Positions 32,097 to 40,039 of a stretch of 64,000 nt of DNA are shown here, piece by piece; the first letter of the stretch is position 1, and the number at the start of each line of letters is the position of its first letter. The DNA lies in contig CAVPIW010000006.1 of NCBI GenBank assembly GCA_963705105.1, positions 768,001-832,000 on the forward strand, read 5' to 3'. The position numbers were made by a program, and so were the translations under genes. This stretch comes from an uncultured Nitrospiraceae bacterium. Its GTDB lineage: Bacteria > Nitrospirota > Thermodesulfovibrionia > Thermodesulfovibrionales > Dissulfurispiraceae. The notes under the pieces are model-generated. The model was not told where the DNA came from. It saw only the letters and a list, made by a program, of their open reading frames with translations, and made no database searches.

Positions 32097-33200
32097 CTAC
32101 AGCGGATGCCCCACCATCCTTTCGGCGGCTGCTTTGGCCTCAGTGTATAACTTGCTCAGTCTCGTCTTTATGGCGGGACTACAACCGGCCCACTTATCTG
32201 AAAGTCGTCGCCATAAGACTTTTTCTATATAATCCGGGCCGGAGTACACTTTTTCCTCTCCGGGTTTGATTTGCACTTTTATGTTTCCCTGAAGATGCGA
32301 CCCTTCACGTTCTGCTTGAATGATTTCCCTGCAATATGCTTCTGCATCTTGGCCATAGCCCGAACTGTCAAGCCCCGGCACAAGTATTCCCGGTTTGTGT
32401 AACATTTGCAGCACATGCTGATATTCGTGCCATACCGTCGTGGAAAGCAGCGGCAAACCATCTCCGAATGCGCCGTTGTATATTTCCACATAAGGTTTCC
32501 TGTTCGGCGGAATGCCGGGACGCCGTTGCTTCAATTCCTTGTTGCCCGGTGGATATGTCTTACCCTCGCCCTCCGGCATGACGCTCACATAGTGCATTAC
32601 ACCGCCTTCCAATAAGCCAGTATCGATCCCTAATGCACGGACAGCATTGTTGATAGCCTCCTGACATTTAGGTACCGTTTTCAGTCTTTCTAATAGTGTC
32701 GCACCCATAAAGTTCATGATGTCATCTCTCTGGTCGGAGGGCAACGCGGCAAGCTCGCCGCCATAAGCGTCCTCGTAATCGCGCCAGGGCTTTCCCTTTG
32801 AGTTCACGGCGTGAATAGCGGTCACAAGCCTCGGGCCGCCAACGAAAGAGGCAGCCTCCGTATCGCTGCGTACGTCATTCGGCAGGGTCTGTAAGAGCGG
32901 CAAAAGGTTGAACATTGCGTGTCCCTGAATGGCGGCAAGAGGTGCCTCGTTTTCTTCCTTGCGCTGGATGGTTGGCCAAAGGGCGCCGCGCGATTGTTGT
33001 GCGACATGGGTCAACGCAGGCGGGTCATCCGGGCTGCCGACCTTCAGCTCAGGCTGCACCTTCGTGAGCAGGCCTGCGAGCATCTCAGCGTCGTTGTCCT
33101 TCTCAGGCCGCTGCCAGGTGAGCCCAGGCATCTGTAATGCCTCCGCCTTTGGCGGCGCCGTCCGGGCCTTCTGTTTCGTCGCTGCTGTTGTCACCATCAT
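32097..33200 (-). CDS. Effector paralog with the Sec motif and DUF4157 core deleted; lower-GC C-terminal domain with HEYQH motif
   Basis: First ~60 aa closely match the 37083 gene, then the sequence jumps from PDDP to LTHVAQQ. Confidence 0.75.
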   Translation of the reverse strand: MMVTTAATKQKARTAPPKAEALQMPGLTWQRPEKDNDAEMLAGLLTKVQPELKVGSPDDPPALTHVAQQSRGALWPTIQRKEENEAPLAAIQGHAMFNLLPLLQTLPNDVRSDTEAASFVGGPRLVTAIHAVNSKGKPWRDYEDAYGGELAALPSDQRDDIMNFMGATLLERLKTVPKCQEAINNAVRALGIDTGLLEGGVMHYVSVMPEGEGKTYPPGNKELKQRRPGIPPNRKPYVEIYNGAFGDGLPLLSTTVWHEYQHVLQMLHKPGILVPGLDSSGYGQDAEAYCREIIQAEREGSHLQGNIKVQIKPGEEKVYSGPDYIEKVLWRRLSDKWAGCSPAIKTRLSKLYTEAKAAAERMVGHPL

Positions 33201-33459
33201 GTGCCGATCTCGTCATCCGTCAGGATATCGATCCCTCCTTCTGAAGCTCTTTCATAATGCCGTCGATGATGTCGTCTCTCGAAACCGGGGGTTCCTCTTG
33301 CCTGAGAACATAAGAAATCAGCTGTATGATTCGTCGATGTACCTTATGTACCCCACTATGATAACAAAATAGTTACGAGCCTATTAACCCCATTAACCGG
33401 GAAGTTCTTCTTGTCTTAAAATGGTAGCTGTCCCCGATTTGCATGCTGGAGCCCTTTCC

Positions 33460-35322
33460 TTATGGCGTATGCTGCTGCAACCAGAGATCCCACAGGATGA
33501 GGGCCATGCTGTCGACTTCCCCTACCCTGATGCCTTCCAGGAGGGGGAGATAGCTCGTCATGATGAACATGGTGAACGCCATCTCCTCTTTTGTGACCTT
33601 CCTCAGGTCCATTATGATGTTGATGACCGACATGTCATCATCTTCATAATCGTGACGCTCCACGTCCCTGACGCCCGGCAAAGCCCTGAGAATGGAATAG
33701 GTCAAAAGGAACTCAAGGGCAGTCAATGAAGACCTGGGGCTGAATGCGAACTGAACGACTATCGTCTCGAATCCGGTGTCCTTGTATTTTTCCGCGGCCC
33801 CGAGATAACGGTAAATGTATATCTCCACCTTCCTGCATTCGGGATCGGGTGTCCCGGCAGGAGTGGGGCATTCTTCATAGCCTTTTCCGCTGACGTTCAT
33901 GCGACCGAAATCGATGCCCCGCGTGCGCAGCCACTCACGCATGCTTGCCGCCCTGTTCAGGGAAAGGGTCTTGTTGTACGAGGAATTCCCGATGCGGTCG
34001 GCATGACCGATGACATCCGCCTTCAGGGCCTCGTCGCCTCTCAGGAACCTTACCGCCGCATCGGCGCGGTCCTTCATGTCGCTGTTTTTTGCGAGATGGG
34101 TGAAGGCATTGTACCTGTCCGTCTCATATCCCGAAATCGTGACGCCGCCGAAGCTCTCGCCGTGATGGGGGTCTCTGAACATCCCCCTCTCTTCTGCGCC
34201 GGCGCCTTTGACCTCCCCGGCGATGATGTTTTCGATCGCCACGGTGGGGTCATGACTGGGCCGCCCGATGATGCGGCCGCCCTTCCTCACGACGATTGCG
34301 GGCGGATGCACTCCCCTCTTCATGAGCCAGGCATGGCCGCAGAGTTCATGGGCCAGGATTCTCCAGTTCTCCTGTGAGATCCGCTCACCCGCAGAGGCCC
34401 CGCCGCCCCATGCGCCCATGGAGACGAGGGAGCAGCGGGAATGGACGATCACGTTTTTCTTGAATCTTTCCGTTACAGGCCACTTGTCGTCGTCGATCTC
34501 TATCGTCCATTGCTCCGAGGCGGGGTCGCTCATTTCACAGAGGCACCTGTCGGTCACACGCGTGGGAACCCTGCAGGCATCGGGGTTGACCGCCTTGACA
34601 ATCCCGCTGGACTCGACAGCTAAGTCTCCCGACAGGGTCCTGATGAATTCATCGATTTCCTGCCAGTTCTGCCTGGTACCGTCACAGGGGAGCGGGTCCG
34701 CGGGATCCTTCACCTGCAGTTTTCGCTGGATAAAGGTGGCGGGCTCGCTGCTCTGTTGGAGGACGTGAGCGAGTTCATGGGCGATAAGACGCTTTCCACC
34801 TGCCGTCTCCGGGCTGTACTCCCCTTTCCCGAACAGGATGTTCCCGCCCGTCGTGAGAGCCTGAGCGTTCAATGCCCGGGCCACCCCTTGCGCCGGCGCT
34901 TCAGCATGGACCCTGACCTGTCCGAGGTCAGCACCGAAACGGGACTCGAAAAAGGAACGGGTGCTTTCTGAAAGAGGTTGTCCGCCCTTTTTTACCGTAT
35001 CGGCCTGCGCCTTCTGAATGAGCTCTTCCTCCCCGCACGCGGGGTCTCTGGCGAAGGGTCAACTGGGCTTCCTCTGCACCGCCGGTTCCGGCATGGCCAT
35101 GACCAGATCTGCAATGCGGTCGGCTTCGCCTTCAAGACGGTCTTCCGGCACGTCGGCCCTCGGCTTGGTCTGCGCCTTCCTGAGCAGGCCTGCGAGCATC
35201 TCCGCATCGTTCTTCCCCGCCTGCCTGATCAGGACCGGCGCGGTCACCTGCAAACGGTCCTCTCTTTTTCGGGAAGGAGGATCGGCAGTCCTTGTTGTCC
35301 TTGATCGAGAGTTCATAGTCAA
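33460..35322 (-). CDS. DUF4157 eCIS effector with HELCGH domain and OmpA-like domain, putative selenoprotein (UGA codon 88); 620 aa on read-through
   Basis: QRKPS*PFARDPACGEEE, then 58 sense codons (incl. GGQPLSESTRSFFESRFG) into the 34884 ORF; GHADRIG..YNKTLSLNRA. Confidence 0.87.
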
Positions 35323-35334
35323 ACCAATTCGCTC

Positions 35335-37083
35335 CTACGGAGACGTCGTCGTCATGCGCGATGCCGGTTCAGGTCTCGCCTGCTGACCGGGCGCCTCGGG
35401 ACAGTAGCGTTGGAAACGGGCGTTCCGGGCGCGATTGTAAAAAGCAATATTTGTGACCCATGAATTGTGCCGTTCATGATGGGGATGCTCTCCTTCCTCC
35501 CTCTCGATCTCGGGAACTCGGTCCACAGGGACCATCACCCTCACGATCGGCCAGGAACCCCCGGGCACTTCATCGTAGTAGAAGTGGAGGAGTCTCTCCT
35601 CGATAGGTGTTCTCGATACATGAGGCTGTTCGGTCGGGGGGCCGAACTCTTCTCCTCCGCCCAACTCCTCTTCGCCCAATCCTTCAGGGGATAGTTCCGC
35701 TGAGCGAGCGGTAATGGGCGGACGCCCGTAGTATCCCCACCGGCTGTTCAGCTGGCTGAGGCCCGAGAGGAAAGTCCGTTGGTCGGCAGCGGGAAGCTGA
35801 TCGAAATCCGCCCTGGTGAGTGCAGTAACGTTAGGGGGATGTTCAAAATCGACGGCGGGACGGCAGCCTTGTCCGAGCCCTTGCGGCAGCTGTCCCGACG
35901 TCCCTGTTCGTGTTAAAAGACTTATTATGACACCTTCGAAGGCAGCCGTGACCTGACAGGCCGTCAGGACGATCAGAGCAGGTCCGTTGGTCTGTCTCCA
36001 CTGCTGAAAAACATCCGTTTCGAAGATCCCCCGCAGGCCCCTCTCATCAAAGGTGACAGGCGTCTCTCCGTGAGAGGATTCCGAAAGATGATCCTCCGAA
36101 CCGTGAACAGCCAGCACCAATGTCCAGTCAGGATCGTAAGGGGGAATGCGCACATTGTTCATCAGGTGTTCTCTCAGGTCTTCAAGCCGGGCAAGTAATG
36201 TGCATTCAGGGTCGGCGATTGCGGGGTCATGAATCGCAAAGCAGGCCATTTCCTGCAGCTGCAGGAGCATGCCCGCTTCAGACGATGCCGATGAGACCGC
36301 AGGGGTCTTTGTCGACCCTTCACCAAGGGTCCGGGTTGTTCCGCCGCTCGTCTGAACGGCCTGCGATGACCCGCTGCGGCCCTTTTGCTGAAGCACATGG
36401 GTCAGTTCATGCGCAATCAGGTCACGGCCATGACTTCCGTTTGGATCGTACTGTCCCCGGCGAAAGAAGATGTCGTGTCCCATTGTGAAGGCACGTGCAT
36501 TCAGCTGCTGATTCAGACGGTCCGATTCCGGGCTTGTGTGTATCCTTACCGATCCGAAATCAGCGGCAAAGCGCGGTTCAAAGAAGGCCCGGAGCGAGGA
36601 GGAAAAGGGTTCTCCCTGTCCTTTCAGGGCACCGAGGGAAGACTCCGCAGAAGACGGCACCGGCGTTGCCGATGAATCCATCTTTGTCCGGACAATCGTC
36701 TCCTCCTTTTCCGGCAGGGGCTTTTCCTCTTCCTCAGCCCGGCGGTGGATAACAGGAGAGTCGTCTGACAGGCGGCGCAAGATTTGAGGTTGTTCTTTTT
36801 CCCCGCACGAGGGAGAACCGGAGCTTCAGGTCGGTTTTGGTCTGGTCTGTGGTTCAGGCATTGTCATGACCATGTCTGCGGCACGGTCCGCCTCGCGTTC
36901 GAGCGGGTCATCGGGACTGCCCACCTTCAGCTTGGGCTGCACCTGCGTGAGAAGGCATGAGAGCGCTTCCGCATCGTTGTCCTTCTCAGGGCGCTGCCAG
37001 GTGAGTCCGGGCCTCTGTGATGCCTCCGCTTTCTGCGTAGCCGTACCGGCCTTCTGTTTCGTCGCTGTCGCTGTTACCGCCAT
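35335..37083 (-). CDS. DUF4157 eCIS effector with unknown C-terminal domain, putative selenoprotein (UGA codon 86); 582 aa on read-through
   Basis: PKPT*SSGSPSCGEKE, then 15 sense codons into the 36780 ORF; FFEPRFAADFGSVRIHT...LIAHELTHVLQQ. Confidence 0.87.
36790..36828 (-). promoter_or_regulatory. UGA plus SECIS-like hairpin (others at 35022-35061, 31414-31451, 27140-27178, 25164-25202)
   Basis: TGA-AGCTCCG-GTTC-TCCCT-cgtgc-GGGGA-AAAA-GAAC; the loop starts 16 nt after UGA with G at loop position 2. Confidence 0.75.
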
Positions 37084-37100
37084 GTGGATCCGTCATCCCG

Positions 37101-38477
37101 TCAGGATGTCCGTCCCTCCTTCTGCAGTTCCTTCCTGATGCCGTCGATAATATCGTCCCCCGAAATCGTCTGCCTTCCCCTCTTCAGGGTCATGAGCGTG
37201 GCGTACCTGACCACGTTCATGATCGCGCCGCCGGATAGCTCATAGGCGGCGGCTATCTCCGACAGATCGACAGAGGGGTCCGGCCTCAGGCGCGATGAGA
37301 AGCCCCTCTCCCAGAGGCTCTGGCGCTCTCCGCGGCCCGGCATGGGGAAGTAGACGATGGACTGGAAGCGCCTCGTAAAGGCCTCGTCGAGGTTCGACCG
37401 GAGATTCGAGGCGAGGATGACGATCCCCTCGTAGTCGTCCACGCGCTGGAGCAGGTAGGAGACCTCCTGGTTTGCATATCGGTCGTGGGCGTCACGTATG
37501 TCCGTCCTCTTGCCGAAGAGGGCGTCGGCCTCGTCGAAAAAGAGAACCCATCGCTTGTGTTCGGCCTTGCGGAAGACCTTTTCGAGGTTCTTTTCGGTCT
37601 CTCCGATGTACTTGGAAACGACCATGGAGAGGTCGATGCGATAGACGTCCAGGTCGGCCACCTTTCCCAGGAGAGAGGCGGTGAGTGTTTTCCCTGTTCC
37701 CGAGGGACCGAAGAACAGCGCCCTGTAGCCGGGTTTCAGTTTCTTTCTGAGGTCGGGGTCGTTCAGGAGGGCCTCCCCGTACTCCACCCAGGTCTTGATC
37801 TCCAGGACCCGCTCCATCGTGTGGGGGTCAAGGACGAGATCGTCCCAGTCAAGCCGGGTCTCTATCCTCTTTGCGGGAAACTCCGTGGAGAAGGCGGGCC
37901 TCTGAACATTGCCCGTTGTGACGAGCTCGACGATCTCCCGGGGGATGGTGATGAATCCGCTCAGGGCAGGTTCGTGGTCCGCCGCCTTCTCGATCCGCAG
38001 GATGTCGTGTCCGGCAAAAAAGTGATCGGCCCCGAAGAGGCTGGAGTAAAGAAGACGCTTGTCCACATCGTCTCCGGCAAGAATAAAGAGGGCCGTCTCC
38101 CCCGTGGGGAGGAAACCCTGGTACGTCTGGCCCTCCCTGCCCCCGAACTCCGTGAAGGGGCGGCCTGTTGTGGCGTTCTTCACGAAGAAGAGGTCGAGCA
38201 ACTGGGGCTTCACATAGGGTATGAGTCCCAGCAGGAAGACGACGCGTTCTGCGAATGTGAGGCCGTAATGGCGGACGAAGCTGTCATAGGGTGTTTGCCC
38301 GTCAGGTTCGGGAGGGACAATCTCGTAGATGTCACGGCAGGGGCAGTCCTGGCCGAAGTAGAGCTTGATCCTCGTCTCGACGACCCTCACGAACCAGTCG
38401 AGGTCGGCCCTGAGCCCGCGGAGAATCCCTGAGGGCAGGTCCTCTACCACTGTACGATAAGGGGTTTCGTCATCCAT
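37101..38477 (-). CDS. eCIS AAA+ ATPase (Afp15/Pvc15-like)
   Basis: LDWDDLVL, GPSGTGKT, VVSKYIGETEKNL, LFFDEADALFGKRT, HDRYANQEVSYLLQR. Confidence 0.95.
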   Translation of the reverse strand: MDDETPYRTVVEDLPSGILRGLRADLDWFVRVVETRIKLYFGQDCPCRDIYEIVPPEPDGQTPYDSFVRHYGLTFAERVVFLLGLIPYVKPQLLDLFFVKNATTGRPFTEFGGREGQTYQGFLPTGETALFILAGDDVDKRLLYSSLFGADHFFAGHDILRIEKAADHEPALSGFITIPREIVELVTTGNVQRPAFSTEFPAKRIETRLDWDDLVLDPHTMERVLEIKTWVEYGEALLNDPDLRKKLKPGYRALFFGPSGTGKTLTASLLGKVADLDVYRIDLSMVVSKYIGETEKNLEKVFRKAEHKRWVLFFDEADALFGKRTDIRDAHDRYANQEVSYLLQRVDDYEGIVILASNLRSNLDEAFTRRFQSIVYFPMPGRGERQSLWERGFSSRLRPDPSVDLSEIAAAYELSGGAIMNVVRYATLMTLKRGRQTISGDDIIDGIRKELQKEGRTS

Positions 38478-40030
38478 GACAGCCGCACCATCGTTATGCC
38501 CCAGGGCAGGTAATCCAGGAGCACATCATAAGACCTGCGCTCCACCTGGAGGACCCACGATGCCGCCTCGTCACAGAGAATCCCCTTCCTCTGAAGGAAG
38601 GACTCCCGGAGACCCTGGGGCGATGTATTCTTGAGGATTGCCCAATGACCGATGACGCTCTGAAGGAGCCTCTCCGACTCCTCCACGGCACCTTCGGGGA
38701 AGGGAAGAAACCTGCAAAGAGGCCTGTTGAGAGGCCAGCCGCAGAGGACCTTGTTGAGAGTGAGGTGCTGCTCCCCGGACCCCTGCTCCCCGTTGACCAG
38801 GTGCTGGAGAAGGCTGACGGTCTGCATGGCCGACAGCTCATCAGAGAAGACACCGTCCCGCAGGAGACGGCATCTGTCAAAGAAGGATCCGAGATAGGGC
38901 CAGAGGATGACGAGACCGGCATTTTCGACAAAATAGCGGGATTCCTCTTCCCGTGCCCTGCAGAGGTCCTCGGTATCGCCGCCCGGAACGACGGAAGACG
39001 CGTCGCTGCCACCCTGTTGAACAACAGCCTGTTCTTCCATGACCCCCGTCGTGTCTTCTCCCGAAGGAACGGAACCTCGCGAATTTTTTCCCGGCTGATC
39101 ATCGGTGGCAAAATCAGCATCAGATCTATTCAGCAACCCCTGCAGCCCCGAACCACTGAGGGAATGACCTCTCAGGGCATGCTGAAACCTCCTCACCAAC
39201 TCGTCTTGTGAACGGCCGGAGACTCGGGCAAGGGTCCGGAGAAGACGTTCAATACAGTCTTCACCCGTCAGCGATACCGGTCCCGGAGGGAGCATCGCCG
39301 TCAGGACGGCCTCCCAGAATGCGATCCTGACGAGATGCACGGGCATGAACAAATCATCTGAAAGGCCGGGGAACAGCGGCAGTTGGGCCATCCATGTCCT
39401 TATTTCCCCCTCCGGCGCTCCGAGGGTCACCGCAATCCTTCCAAGGATCTCGTCAGGCATTTGGCTGATCAGCCTCGTTCGGCGTGCATCACGAGAGATG
39501 GTCTCCTGAAGCACTGATGACGCCTCATCGGGAGACCGGTCGATCAGTTGGAGAAGAATACTTTCGCCAGTCCACGATGATTTATCCTCAGCCCACCAGG
39601 GCAAAGTTCCGGTATCGAGGAAGTGGAGAAGAAGCTCCCGCCGGAGGGCCTGCTCGTCGATGAACCGGGGCACGTCAGGCAAAGGGGTTCCCCTTTCCTG
39701 GACTCCGGGAAAACGGGACTGTTCCTCCTGACTGATCGCGATGGCCGGCCCTGTCCTGCGCTGAAGTTCGGCACGCAGGGATGAGCCGAGGTTATCGCAC
39801 AGAGCGGCTTCAAGATCCGAAAAAGCGATGATGCCGAGATCCAGTTCGATCCTCTCAAACCTCGTCACCGCATCAGGGCCGGAGAAGTCCGAGAAGATGA
39901 TGTCCATCTGCGGCAGCAGAAGGGTCCTGTAGATCTCCCCGATCCTTTGCCGGAGTGATGGCAGGTCATCCTTTCCCGGCAGGACGATCTCGATGGTCTG
40001 TCTCCCGATGGAGTGTCTCTGCACGAACAC
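38444..40030 (-). CDS. CIS tape measure protein (Afp14-like)
   Basis: IELDLG, FLDTGTLPWW, NAGLVILWPYL, LRESFLQRKG, DVLLDYLPW. Confidence 0.88.
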   Translation of the reverse strand: MFVQRHSIGRQTIEIVLPGKDDLPSLRQRIGEIYRTLLLPQMDIIFSDFSGPDAVTRFERIELDLGIIAFSDLEAALCDNLGSSLRAELQRRTGPAIAISQEEQSRFPGVQERGTPLPDVPRFIDEQALRRELLLHFLDTGTLPWWAEDKSSWTGESILLQLIDRSPDEASSVLQETISRDARRTRLISQMPDEILGRIAVTLGAPEGEIRTWMAQLPLFPGLSDDLFMPVHLVRIAFWEAVLTAMLPPGPVSLTGEDCIERLLRTLARVSGRSQDELVRRFQHALRGHSLSGSGLQGLLNRSDADFATDDQPGKNSRGSVPSGEDTTGVMEEQAVVQQGGSDASSVVPGGDTEDLCRAREEESRYFVENAGLVILWPYLGSFFDRCRLLRDGVFSDELSAMQTVSLLQHLVNGEQGSGEQHLTLNKVLCGWPLNRPLCRFLPFPEGAVEESERLLQSVIGHWAILKNTSPQGLRESFLQRKGILCDEAASWVLQVERRSYDVLLDYLPWGITMVRLSWMTKPLIVQW

Positions 40031-40039
40031 AAGCCCATC

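Noticed and set aside
25200..36828. Genome-wide UGA reassignment (code 4 or 25) as the cause of the in-frame TGAs
   Set aside because: TGA ends conserved genes at their expected C-termini (livH, livG, sheath, VgrG), and long genes have no internal TGA.
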